Assembly: GCA_015680685.1 (NCBI GenBank)
Contig: MNCI01001687.1
Span: 346,255 to 410,254, forward strand
Source of the DNA: Gnetum montanum
Lineage: Eukaryota; Plantae; Gnetophyta
DNA: 64,000 nucleotides
Reading direction: 5' to 3'
This document shows positions 38,411 to 51,377 of the stretch, one piece after another. The position numbers and the translations under genes were made by a program. Under the pieces are notes generated by a model, which saw nothing but the letters and a program-made list of their open reading frames with translations, had not been told where the DNA came from and made no database searches. The first letter of the stretch is position 1. Each line of letters opens with the position of its first letter.

Positions 38411-38910
38411 CCTTGATGTTTAAAATTGAATCATTAGAAAGATATGTATGTGTGGTTAAGAGATATTTAATTGCCAAATAAACATTCTCAGATGTTAGAA
38501 TTTGTGAAGTGACATACCTTATTAACCAAATAGAGCAAAGCTTAAAGAACACACTACTGCAAACCCATACCACTCTTAACCCAACACCATTCATCCTCTA
38601 TGGAGTTGTTAATGTAAATGTTGAAAGTAGTATCTATCAATTCTTAACGTATGGACATGTAAGATAATCCTTGAAAGAGAAACCTGATTTGAAGAGGTTC
38701 TTCCCATAAATTCAACCTAAACTTTGATGATTAGTATATATTCAAATTACTTCAAATCTTTCAAGTTAAACACCAAAATTCAAAAATAGTTAATATTAAT
38801 GCACAAAATTCATCAAGAACAAAAATTCACCAATTACACTACCATGACTAATGAAGATGGACTAACATCATTATTTATTGAGACATAAGATTATAATTGT
38901 TATGATACCT
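38411..38910 (+). pseudogene. CCR4-family EEP nuclease, C-terminal half (family C copy 2)
   Basis: LMFKI...YVCVV, SDVRIC, PTPFILYGVVN..VESSIYQFL.YG, HQEQKFTNY, FIET*DY; resumes where 29975 stops. Confidence 0.8.
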
Positions 38911-41900
38911 TAAACACCATAAGGAAAATTCATGTTATTACCCATGATCAAAATTCTTTCTAATTTGGTAGAAAAATAAAGGTAGTTATAATTACCTTAT
39001 TTTTCCTAAAAAAGTCTTGCATTATGGTCCTGTATGGATGAAATTCAAGGTACCTTTCAATGTAAACATTGAGATTTGCAACTCATGTGCTATAGAACAT
39101 ATACATTGCAAGTTATGGAGGTTAAAAAAATGCTTCATAAGCTATAAATGCCTTGTCTTCCATCTTATGGAAGCTACAAATTTCATGTATCCTAGATTAT
39201 GGAGGTTGTAAATGCTTTGCAAACTACAAAATTTAGTATTTTGATCTCATACACTAGGAAACCTAGAGAGATAACTTACAAGATTTGGGCTTTAAACTCA
39301 CATGTTGGGTATCCTAGTTCCACACATGGGGTAGCATGTGAAGGAAGGAAATTAGCCAGATTTTGTCATATGTTGTTAAAAGATGCCCTAAACACATTAA
39401 AATTTGCTAGAAATCTATCAGTAATCATGGTAGAATTTATCAACCACAAATCAAGATCTAATAGTCTATTTAAATATGAATTTTCCTCATTGAAAGGGCT
39501 TTTGTCCAATTTTCCTCTAAACCAAACTTGAGAATTTCGGAGTGGTGCAGGAAATAAAAAGTCTATAACAACCATTTCCCATAATGCAAATCATCCAGAG
39601 AAAAGAGTCACACCATTGTAGATGAAATCAAGAGACCAACACCATATGCAATTATAGAACATAGCTTGCAAGTTTGTACCATAATCATGAAGTGAAATTA
39701 TTTCTTAGGCTATTAAAAGCCTTGATCTGTACTTCTCTTTGAACTCACTTTTGCATTATTACATTGAATATAAAAGTTGTGGCTCTTTATTTTTTGTCAT
39801 ATATTACTTGCATATTTTCCTTGTTCTTGGATCTTGCATTGTGTTTTTCATGTTTTACATCAATAAAAGAAATTTAAGTCCTTGGGTGATCGACAAGACT
39901 ATTTAGGGTGCTTTGAATCCTTTTTTATATAAGTCCCATGAATTCAATTCTTAAACAATTCCACACTAAGATTTTTGAGGTTACAACACCAAATTTTTTA
40001 GGTCCTATAGTTTTCTAGCACTAGAAGAAGTACCTCTACTCAACTTCTTCACAATAACCTATTGAAAATTTTTTTCCATTAGTATTAGCTTTAGCTTTTC
40101 TACCTACAACTTGTAAAATTTGTTTTGGGTTTTTTCAAAATTAGCCTTGCATCTATGAAATTTATTTTGGATTTTTCCTAGAACCAACATTATACCTCTA
40201 GTTGTTTGGGCTTTTTTTTTCTTAAATTTAAAATTGATGTTGAGCTTTTTCAAAGCCTAGTGTATGATGTAATAGTAATTTTACTTTCTTCTAATTTTCT
40301 TTTTCTTTGTGTCAAGTGTTGGGATTTTATAAAGCCTAGCATATAACTTTTTATTTTTCCATCAAGTGCTATGATTTCTAAAAATGGGCATATAACATGC
40401 AACCAATTTTTACCAATCTTATTTTTTTTCCATTAGGAGTTGGATTTTCTAAAACATAGTGTAAAACCTTCAACAAACCTACATTTTTAACTTTGCCAAA
40501 ATTGGATTTTGTGTATGCACAAAGGTCAACGTATTACCTAAAACCTATATTAGCTTTTACTTTTGTCAAAATTTTGTTATGGATTTTACTAGAACCTAGC
40601 AAGTATACTACATTGCAAACTTTGGTTGGGTGATCACTAAAATTTAGCGTGTAGCCAACAACCTATTTTAAACATTTTTGCATTAAATTTTCTTGTTATA
40701 ATTTGTAGTATTTTCATCATTCCCTACATTTTCAAAATGTAAGAATTAATATTCTTCCAATGCAATGCATAATGTCACCATAGCCACCTACACTACCTTA
40801 CAGTTGTAGTTTATACTAAAATCCTTGTTTCCACCACTACATTTTATAGTTTCTTGGTCATTTCCCTTTAATAAACATTAAAAGGAACTTTTTTATTTTC
40901 AATGGTTAAGGCTAAGATTACTCCATGCATTGAAACTCTCACAAGCTAAGTAGTCTCATGAGCTAAATAGTTCATACACTAAGCCTTTTATCCTATCACC
41001 TAATTTAACATTTTCTTTATGCCTTTTTGCAGCTCTATGGTATTACCTCATAATATAACACACATGTCCTACAACTAGGAAGTAGTTCATGTATATCATC
41101 CCAAGGATACTATTGTCACAAAATGTAGAAAATCACTTAGATGGAGTGGAAAAGAATTGAACTTTACAATAATAAATATGAAGTATTATAATTTCATTTA
41201 TGATAAAATTGAGGTAGGTATCCTAATCCCATGTTTGGAATTGGTTTTAAATGTTAGTTTGAGATCATTCACCAAAAATGGAAAGGAACACATGCATTCC
41301 CCTTATGATCAAATCAACCTAATGGACTTCTATGCATGATAGATATCAATGAGATAAGTGAGGAAGTCAGTTTAGATGAGAATTTGGAGGAATAGGATGA
41401 ATTCAAGGTAGATCAGGAGCAAAACACTTTTATTGAAAATCTCTTTCAATAGTTAGCTTGTCAAACAACCATTTCTAGCCTTGTGCCCTTGGTATCTTTA
41501 GTAGTGGAGGTCCATCAATTGTCCTTTATATATCGTACCATGTTTGGTTTTGTGCTTGTAATTGTAGCATACAAATATTAACTTGTATCTCACTCTACAT
41601 CATTGTTCTTGTTGATGCTCTTCATCACTCAACCTTGTTACTAGTGCCTGGCCCTAGTGGTATCTACATCATTACCTCCCTTCATCATACTAGTGGAAAC
41701 CTCTTTAGGACCCCAAGCTAGATAAATCCCTTACACTTCCTTCATCTCCTTTATCCCCCAAGTACTAGCTCAAACATCTTTATTTTTTGTTTAACTCTCC
41801 TACCGTAGTGATTGCCTAGCCCCTTCCATCAATATTGATGCCTAGCGCATGGTACCAGACCTCTTAACCCCCATCACAACCATCTCTACAAACATCACAA

Positions 41901-42031
41901 CTTGTAAGAATGCCTCAAGGTTTGGATCAAGCCTTCTAGATGATCTAGGACCTCACTGAAGAGTTGCAAAAGCTCAAAGCTAGCACTATTTACATGGTAA
42001 AGATAATGGACTTCTACTAAGATGATCCCAT

Positions 42032-45000
42032 TGTTGGCACATTTTAAGCCATTTCATGGAATAGAAGTTTCAGTCTATTTTAAAATGAAGAAAAAGAGAA
42101 TAAAAATATATATAAAGATTCATATGAGTTATACGGTGATGAAACACATATTTTATTCTTTTTTAACCTTATACATCGACCAAAGAGTGCAATATTTTAG
42201 CATATTAAGTTATGCTTATTGGGAAAGGGTTTAATTCAACTAGTTATGGGCTCAGAAATGGTTCAGCGGTGGTGGAGGACGTGGAAATATACATGGCTTG
42301 GTCACACAAGAATATTGACGATACATAGTAATGGAGACAGAATCGATCTTGATTTTCACGTAGGCTAGGCCAAATTCAAATTGAAACCAATGAAAAGAGA
42401 TGCTGATATTTGATCCTAATCCTATAGCAAGAAGACGCTGTGTACCATAACAAATAATTTTAGAAATAGAGGCGCATCTTGTGTTATAATGTGGCATAGT
42501 TTAGGCATTGGAGAAACATTTTTTGGAAGCTAGAAAGACGGTATGCTTACTCTAAAAGCGACGTTGTGGTTCTTACCAATACAGAAACCAAAAAATGAAA
42601 TTATGAAAGCTATGCTTGTTGATAAAAAATGTTAAGAACTACCAGGGATAACCTCATATTCCGCTTGGGAATCTCGTCAAATGCTTACCGTGCAAGGTTC
42701 AGTTTCTCTATTTTGACATACTAATAAATGATGAATCTATAATGATAACATTTGTGAACTGCATTTTCGTAGCCAGGGCATGTAACAATAAGCAGTTTAA
42801 TAGGTTTTGTGAAGTAATAGGTTGTAGAAAAATTCAATAAATGAAACAAGGCTAAAATGTAGGCGGTGGACACAACACTTGGTAATGGATGCGTGAGTAA
42901 GTTTTAAGAAAGGACATCATTCTTCAATACTACGTGTCGACAACTATGTTGTGGACAATGATTCATGGGGGCAACATCATTCACACCACAAACGTTGCCA
43001 CGCTTGCTATGTTGCTAGTATTTTAGTGCCCTAAGTGCCGCATTGGTAGCCATGCTGTGCAGATTAGCAATGCGGAAAACCAAGCTAGAGGTCCAGATTT
43101 CTTTTTCTACCTTGCCTGCACCTATGGGTGATTATAGGCAGAAAATACTGAGTGCTCCCAAGGACAAGGAAGGTGTCTATTCTCTACTAGAGACAGATGG
43201 TGATTGTAGATGCACCCACACCGTTGGCTCTCCAGCAACTAAACACCACACAGCAACGATGCTGGATGCAGCGGTAGAGCCTTCTTCCGCGGTGGGAGTT
43301 AATAACATTTTTTTTGCAAGGTGAGATAATCTGAATGATTTAATGGTAGTTCTAGGCCTGGTGCCTTCACATCTAGACCTAGTATTTTAAGCCATCAGAG
43401 AAAATTTTATATGGGAAAAATGAAGATAAATTTTTGTATTTTTACTACCACCAATGTCTACTACTCTATTGCCTTTTTACCATCACCTAGTTCATAAAAT
43501 TACTAGACCCTCAATAGTCATAATATATATATATATATAATAATAAATTTTATTTTAAAAAATTAAAATGAGAATAACAATTATGTAGAGATATTAGATT
43601 TATTTCTCAAAAGAAATATTCACAAAAGCAATAGTTGCAATATTTCTTCTAACTTCCTAACTTCCTAAGTTAATACTTCCTAACTTATTGGGCAAGTTCC
43701 TTGGGAGAGAAGTTAGCTAAGATATTTTTGAGTATGTAACTACCTTTGAACCCTATAAAAAGGCTTCAAGGGTAAGAAAAAAAAAGGAAGGAAGGGGGGG
43801 GGCGGGGGGTGTGGGGGGTATCACTAATCACACTTTTGGAGAAGATACTTGATACATCATAAATTGGAAGGCTACTAGCTAGCACTTGGGCTCTCACCTG
43901 GAGACACACTTTGGGTCTTGGGAGAAGAGCATTTGTAAAGAAGAAAGTGTGAAAGGTTGCTTGTTAGATGACTTGCTAAAGAAAATATTTCAGCCTCTTT
44001 GTCATAGTCCTATGAGTTATGCTTATTGTTTTTTATTTTGTTTAAATTGTTTAGCTAGTGGTTTAGATACTATCATCCTTGGAAAGTAATTTTGGGATTT
44101 TTAGATTGCTCTTATTGTTCTTGTTGCTTGATGAAAATTCCTATTAAAATTTTGCCATAGAAGTGCTTGTGTTTAAAATAATTAAGAGCATTTTAGTAGT
44201 AAATTTTATTATTGTGCAATGTATAAGAACCTTTATTGGGATTGTTGTAAGAGAGTCTCTTCTTGTAGTCATGCCGTTGAATGATTCAGTAGTCAAGAGG
44301 GTTCAGAAAATCTTTGGTATTTTGATGGGACTAGAATAGCTTCTTTTTATCTTTAAAGTGAATCTCCGTGGTATTTCAATTAGAAATTGTCAAGTATTTT
44401 GAAGGTTCTATTGAATTCAATTGTTGACATCCATTATCTAGCCAAAATGGAGTCTCGTACGTGGTAGTTTATGCAACAATTTTTTTGGTAGCATACTAGG
44501 ATTGTCTTGAAGAAATTGCCTATTTGAGCCTTGGAAGTTTGAACAATTCATAGATATTGAATTTGGGATAGTTTTATTACGAAGTGTTTACTCGTGTCAT
44601 TTTACCTTGTTTAAATATTTGAGGTCCATCCAAATCTGCTTTCTTTTCTATCTATTTCCATCAAATCTTGCTCTATTTTTAGTTTTCTTGTGGAACTATC
44701 TCTTTCTCTGGGGAAAATTAGAAGTAGATTCGTAGAGTTGTGCTCAAATGTTTTTACAAAATTTTCTGTGTCACAAGTAGGTATTATAAGGACCATGTAG
44801 ACTAAGCAATAGAACAAAATAGGAACTCTCAATAACTCATAGTACTTGGCAAAGTTGGCTGAATCTCTTTAAGATAAGTCATTTGTAGTTTACACAGAAT
44901 GCAATCGTTTCATATTTCACAACCGCACATCAAAACAGAACGCACACATACTCACATTAAATACTGAGTTTATTTAGAGGTATCTGGGCCTTGGTGTTGC

Positions 45001-45072
45001 TAGAGACCAGTCAACACCTAAATCCTATTCAAGGACACTCATTGGCAGTCGCATCCCAAATAGTCGCCAACA
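42032..45072 (+). repeat. 5' LTR (3041 bp); TATA-like TATAAAAA at 43754
   Basis: Direct repeat of 51378-54427. Confidence 0.97.
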
Positions 45073-45079
45073 GTTCTTT

Positions 45080-45096
45080 TGGCACTAGAAGGAAGG
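45080..45096 (+). promoter_or_regulatory. Primer-binding site, tRNA-Asn type
   Basis: TGGCACTAGAAGGAAGG, two mismatches from TGGCGCTAGAAGGAGGG (complement of the plant tRNA-Asn(GTT) 3' end as recalled), 7 nt after the LTR. Confidence 0.75.
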
Positions 45097-45197
45097 CTAA
45101 AAATTTAGCCTCTAAGTTCATAAGCCTTATAATTTTAGCACATCAACAATTATTTGTTACTATAAAGGCTTAAGAAATTAGATACTATTTTCAGTTC

Positions 45198-46637
45198 ATG
45201 ACCAAGAAGATTGATAGTTTGGAAAGTTTCAAAGTTTCAAAAGATATTCTAGATTTTAAGACTGATTCTTCATCGGAAGAAGAACAAAAGAAAGTTTTTG
45301 AATTGGGAACAAGTAGTGGAGTGAGAACTAGAAAATCAAGAAGATCATCCATTATATTTGGTTTATCAATTCGTAAAAGAAGATCTAGAAAGTTTAAGAG
45401 TTCAATTATCCAAAGGAATAGGATGGCAAATCCTTTGCAAGGAGTTACACTATTAGGATTTCAAAATTACAATGATATTCCTAAGGTAGTTTACAATTAT
45501 TTTCTTGAGCCTTTCATTCCTGGAAAAGTTTATTTAGCTAAAGAATATATTCACATGTTTGAGTTAGCTTTAGCTCATGCAAATATTCAATATCAAGATC
45601 AAGCTTGTAGGTTGTTTGTATCAAATCTAAAGGATATGGCTCAGATTTGGTATTCAAACTTACCAAGTAATAGTATTACAAGTTGGGATGACATGAAGAA
45701 TCTTTTCTTAGCCCAGATTGGTAATCAATTAGATCAACAACAACTATACTATGGGCTGATGCAAGCTAAGCAAGGAGTTAAAGAGTTAATTAGACATTTT
45801 AACATCAAGTTTCAATGAATTTGTGGGCTCTTTCAAAGACAATATAGGCCATTAGAAGAAATGCTTAAAGAAACTTATCTTAAGGCTGTTAACCATAAAA
45901 TTTCAATTTGGTTAAGGAGAACTTCAAACTTAACTACACTAAATGACTACTTTAGTGAAGCTATACAGTTAGAAAAACAGTTAAACTTGAATCCTAAAGA
46001 AAATATCGCAATTCAAAAAGGAGAAGAAAGAGTTATGATTCCTATGCAATATTTTTCTCAATTTAAAGCTTTACCAGGTCCATCTCATGTTAAGACAGAG
46101 TAAGAACATGAAAGTGTAGGATCTGAAAAAGGAAAATTAATGAGAGATATGTCTAACAAAATAGTGAAGCTTGAAAATGCTTTGGCAAGAGTTAATATCA
46201 AGGAAGAAAGGAAAAGTAGAAATCATAAACATCAAGACACTAAGTTAGTAGAAGATGAGGATGAAAGTGACGTTATTATATCCAAATTTCTTGATATTGA
46301 ATCTGATAATGAGTTATCTAGTGTTCATTATGCATGTAAATCTTCTAGAAATGGATCTAGCAATGCTTCTTCTCTATTGAGTTCTAAAGAAGATATGTCT
46401 TTAGATGAGGAATGTAATAACAATGAGGAAAATGGATATAATCTCCGATTAAAGGAAAGATCAACTACTTCTAGACCCCCAAATGTTATTACAAATCCAT
46501 CTACTAAGAGAAAATATTTTGAGCCAAATAGAAGAGATAAGAATAAAGGTAAAGATAATCAAGTGGAGCAGAGAACTCCAAATCAGTCTTTTAATAAATG
46601 GATAAGGAAATCAAGCTTTATTGGTGATGGTGAGTAG
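45198..46637 (+). pseudogene. gag: gag (retrotransposon capsid domain) with in-frame stops
   Basis: ACRLFVSNLKDMAQIWYSNLPSNSITSWDDMKNLFL..., KQGVKELIRHFN.KF: a Retrotrans_gag pattern; in the same frame as pol. Confidence 0.9.
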
Positions 46638-46640
46638 GAT

Positions 46641-49600
46641 TTGATTAAAGACATTAAACATGTCAAGGCCAATATTAGCTTTTATCAGTTGCTTCAAATA
46701 GGAGATCAGCAAAGAAAGGCTTTAGAGTTCATTAAAGGTAAAAGGAGAGTTAGAGAATCAGAGTTAAGTTATGTGTCTAATAATGATGAGAAATTAAAGA
46801 CCTCGTATGATAAGGAAGCTTCTCCTTTCCTTTTGACAATGAAATTAAAGGATAAATACTTACACAATTGTTTGGTTGATTCTGGAGCTACATCTACTAT
46901 AATGCCATTGTCTATATGTAAGAAACTTGGTTTGATTCCTGAAAAATCAAATAAAAAGATTGTTCAAGTGGATAAAAGTAGAGTGAAGATTGTGGGTCAA
47001 TTACCAAATGTCCCATTGGAAATTGCTTCTGAACCTCACATTAGAAGTAGAGTAACTATTCAAGTGGCAGATATACCAGATTCACATAGTCTCTTATTGA
47101 GTAGAAGTTGGAGTAAGAATTTCTCGGGTTATATATCAACAAATTATTCTCACATGTAGCTACCTTGGAAAGGAGAACCAAATCATATATATATCTATAA
47201 CGAACCTTTGATGATTGATAACATTACTTCAAATGGAAAAATTAAAATGGTTGAAAAAGGAGGTGTTGAAAACAAAATTTGTACACTCCAAGAAAATTAT
47301 GATTCTGAAAAAGAACAATCAAAGAATGAGGATAAATGGGAGTTATACTTTGATGGTTCATGTAATTCAAAAGGTGTAGGAGTTGGTATAGTTATATTCA
47401 AGAATGGTTCACCTAAAATTCTCAAAGAAATTCATCTACCTTTCCCTTGTACTAACAACAAGGCTGAGTATGAAGCTTTATGTATTGGTTTGAGAACAAC
47501 TCTAGACAAAAAGATTAGAGTGATCATTATAAAAAGAGACTCAAGATTAGTTTGTGAAAAAGTAAAGGGTAATTTTGTAGTAAAGAGCTCATTCTTAAGA
47601 CCTTATAAGTAACTTGCTTGTAAGATGTTAGATCAATTTCAACATTTCCGAATAGAGCATATAAATAGAGTACAAAATCTTATAGCAGACGATTTGACAA
47701 AGGGAGCTTCAACATTGGATATGCAAATAATATAAAGTTACAAAGATGTCATAATTGAAGAAGAATATCAGCCATCAGTACCAGATAATATAAGACATTT
47801 ACAAGTATTTGAAGATGATAATCAAGTACTAAGATTTATGAGAAACAAAGAAGAATTTGAGGGTCAAGTGATACCTAAAACATCATCAAATTCCAAAGCT
47901 AATTTCATTCCAAAAAGGATGATTGACTTGGAACATGAGTTCAAGAAAAAATTACTTACTGGAAAAGATTTACAAAACCCAGATAGTCAAAATTTCGAGG
48001 TAGTGAATTTTGGCTTAGACACGATGCCAAAGATGTTGAATATTACAAAGGAAAGAGATTCAAGTTTCAAGAAAAACTTGTTAACATGTCTAAGAAATAA
48101 TTTGAACAATTTTTCTTGGTCTTATGATGATCTTAAAGATTTTAGGCAAGATGCGATGACACATAAGATCCCTCCAATAGAAGGTTGCAAAATAGTCAAG
48201 CAAAAACAAAGGAAATTTAATCCATTGTTTGAACCAGCTATGGAAGCTAAAATTAAGAAGTTGTTACAAGCACAAATCATATATCTGATACGATATTCAA
48301 CATGGCTTGCTAACCTTGTTCCAGTGAGAAAGAAAAATGGTGATATAAGGGTTTTTGTAGACTTTAGAAATCTGAATGATGCCTCAAAAAATGATAAGTA
48401 TCTACTTCCAAGAATTGATGAGATGCTGATTAAAGTCTCAGGTTGTCAAATATATTCTTTCTTAGATAGTTTATTAGGTTATAATCAAATTGTGATAGAT
48501 AAGAATGATAGATACAAAACATCATTTATCACCAAATGGGGAACTTTTTCCTACCAAAGAATGCCATTTGGATTATCAAATGCTGGAGCTATGTTTCAAA
48601 GAGCAATGAATTTAGCATTCAAGGATTTATTAGGAAAATTTATGGTGGTTTATTTGGATAATATTACAATATTCTCAAAGAAAAAAGAAGATCATATTAA
48701 TCATCTCCAACAAGTTTTCGATAGATGTTGTGAGTTTGGTATTTCATTAAATCCTAAGAAGTGTATCTTTGAGGTTAAATCTGGAAGCTTATTAGGCCAT
48801 GTGATATGTTAAGAAGGAATTGCCATAGACAATTCTCGAATCAAAGCAGTACAGAATATTGAGCATCCCACAAGTAAGAAATCTCTTAGATTTTTCTTTG
48901 GGAAGATAAACTTTGTGAAAAAGTTTATCCCTGGGTTTACTAAAATTACCAAACCTTTGATGCATATGCTAAAAAAGGATGTTCAAATAGAGAAAACACC
49001 AGAGTGAGAGATAGCTTTATCAGAAATCAAAAAGGCTATACAAGAGGCTCCATATTTGGTAAAGACTAGGCTTAAAGAGGATTTTTGGTTATATTCTTTT
49101 GCTTCAAATGATTCTATCGCTACCATTCTAACACAAAAGGATAGTGAAGGTCAAGATGAACCTATTGGATTTTTTGGGTATTAGTTGAAAGGTTCAAAGT
49201 TAAATTATTTAGATTTAGAGAAACAAGCTTTCACTATCATCAAAGCACTTCAACATTTTAAATATTATTTGGAAAGTTCATTAGTTCACATTATGCTAAT
49301 TGAACCTACAATCAAGCGATTCCTAGCCCAAAATGAGATTTGATTAAAAAGAGGAAAATGGCTTATAAAGTTGCAAAGTTTCATATTTTCATTGGAAATA
49401 TGCAAGACAATTAATGGGACTAGCCAAGTTAATGGCCCAAGAAAGTGAAGTATGTACACTTGATACCCATGAAGAGAATTGGTATGATGAAATTCTCAAA
49501 TTTCTTAGTACAAGGAAAATCTCAAATAATTTAACCACAAGTCAAAAGAGAGCTTTCTTCAAAAGAGCACGAAGTTTCATTATTAGAGATGGAATATTAT

Positions 49601-50301
49601 ATAGAAAATATTTTCGGGGATTTTTATTGGAATGTGTTCATAATGATCAAATTNNNNNNNNNNNNNNNNNNNNNNNNNNNNNNNNNNNNNNNNNNNNNNN
49701 NNNNNNNNNNNNNNNNNNNNNNNNNNNNNNNNNNNNNNNNNNNNNNNNNNNNNNNNNNNNNNNNNNNNNNNNNNNNNNNNNNNNNNNNNNNNNNNNNNNN
49801 NNNNNNNNNNNNNNNNNNNNNNNNNNNNNNNNNNNNNNNNNNNNNNNNNNNNNNNNNNNNNNNNNNNNNNNNNNNNNNNNNNNNNNNNNNNNNNNNNNNN
49901 NNNNNNNNNNNNNNNNNNNNNNNNNNNNNNNNNNNNNNNNNNNNNNNNNNNNNNNNNNNNNNNNNNNNNNNNNNNNNNNNNNNNNNNNNNNNNNNNNNCT
50001 TATTAAAAGAGAAGCTGAAGTAGATAAAGCAAGGGATAATTTGTTACAGAATACCTCTCAAGTTAAAAGATGGTTTGATAGGAAAGCTTTGAAAAGAACT
50101 TTCAAGATAGGGGACCTTGTCCTATTATGGAATATGAAGAAACCAAATAAGTTTACCTTGACATGGATTGGTCCCTTTCAAATTACAACGCAATTGTTAG
50201 AGGATACTTACAGATTATCAACTTTGGATGGCATGGGATTGCAATTTCCATATAATGTTTTTCATGTAAAACATTATTTGGGACAATTGCATATAGCTTG
50301 A
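46641..50301 (+). pseudogene. pol: pol: protease, additional (archaeal-type) RNase H, RT, RNase H, integrase
   Basis: CLVDSGA at ~46870; WELYFDGSC..TNNKAEYEAL..DSRLV..HINRVQNLIADDL at ~47335-47700; RMPFGLSNAGA and VYLDNI at ~48560-48670; RNase H at ~49080-49400; integrase partly in an N gap, WIGPF at ~50165. Confidence 0.95.
49654..49998. other. Assembly gap (N) in the integrase
   Basis: 345 N; the homologous interval in copy 1 (~10655-11428) is ~770 bp. Confidence 0.95.
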
Positions 50302-50655
50302 AGATGTCATTACATAAATAATATATGTATATACTATTAGGTAAATATTACTAGGAATATAGTATCAATTAATATGTTTAATTATGCTTTATTTAAATTA
50401 GAAAATAGTTTTCCTTCAAGTGAGACAAGTGGAAGCCTACAAGTAAAACAAGTGGAATTCTAAAATTGTGACAAGTGGAGAGGGTGATTCATCCACTACT
50501 TGGTAAGGATTGTGACAAATGGTTGGAATGCCTAAAAGCAAGGAAACTTGTTTGGAAGAATTTCAAATTTTTAGCATCTATATAAAGAGGGGTAAGTTGC
50601 CTAAAATTTCATCATCTTTTAATTCAAGTTGAGTAGTGGAAGTTAGAGAGAGCTA

Positions 50656-51168
50656 ATGAAGTTTGATAGAGTAATGAAAAAGCCTTTTATTCCATATGTG
50701 ATGGGATGTTGCCCTGAGCATGTATTGAGGGCTTACCTAAAGGCTAGATCTTGTAGAGCTTCAAAAGAGTGTCCTTTTATGGCTTGGTTGTCCGATGAAT
50801 TTTCTTTTCTCACTAGAGGTTTGGATATAGAGTTCAATGTTTGGGGGAAATATCAAGATTGCTCCAAAGAAGAAGAAAAAGGAGAAGCACAACCAACTAA
50901 TGAAGAGTCATCATGGGGATGGGGAGAAGCTTTTGTCTCCCGAGAGGAAAATGAAGGACCTAATGGAGAAGAACAGAGGGGCTCATTTGAAAAAGAAAAT
51001 GAGAAAAGTGCTAAAAAGAAAGCTCCAGTAGATCAAGATGAGAGCTCCAACAAGCTAGAGAACAACAAAATCACCTTCATCACATCAGAAATTTCCTATG
51101 AAATAGTTAGAGAGATGAGAATTCCCACTAGGGTAACCCTCACAATTCAGTTTCCATCCCAAGAATAG
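50656..51168 (+). CDS. Family A 3' extra ORF, 170 aa, unknown function, intact
   Basis: Open ATG-to-stop frame between pol and the PPT; TATATAAA at 50579-50586; homologues at 12279-12815 and 24680-25235. Confidence 0.75.
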   Translation: MKFDRVMKKPFIPYVMGCCPEHVLRAYLKARSCRASKECPFMAWLSDEFSFLTRGLDIEFNVWGKYQDCSKEEEKGEAQPTNEESSWGWGEAFVSREENEGPNGEEQRGSFEKENEKSAKKKAPVDQDESSNKLENNKITFITSEISYEIVREMRIPTRVTLTIQFPSQE

Positions 51169-51364
51169 TTCATGAAGGACTTGATAATGTACAGCTTGTT
51201 ATGTACAGTTTGATTTTGATTAGGAATGACGTTTTTGTCCCATCACACCTTATGTTAAATGGGAATTTTCCTCAAAAATGATTTTTATTCAGTTGTAAAA
51301 AGACAATGAAAATTTTAGTATGTTTCATCTTGAAATGTGGTTACACAAGTTTCTTTAAGCTTTT

Positions 51365-51377
51365 AAGGGGGTAGAGA
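51365..51377 (+). promoter_or_regulatory. Polypurine tract
   Basis: AAGGGGGTAGAGA immediately before the 3' LTR TG. Confidence 0.85.

Larger units (their letters stand above)
25981..38910 (+). mobile_element. Family C copy 2 (outer): 5' LTR ~25981-26472, degenerate PBS-Met 26475-26486, internal region, CCR4-like ORF split by copy 3
   Basis: LTR homologous to 37830-38405; internal region colinear with copies 1 and 3; ORF halves at ~29430-29975 and 38411-38910; 3' end not seen (interrupted near 38930). Confidence 0.8.

Noticed and set aside
49589-50023. 144-aa ORF and apparent integrase deletion
   Set aside because: The ORF is an artefact of translating Ns, and the gap length is an estimate, so no deletion can be claimed.
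50656-51168. env-like gene
   Set aside because: Short, hydrophilic and acidic, with no signal peptide or transmembrane segment evident.
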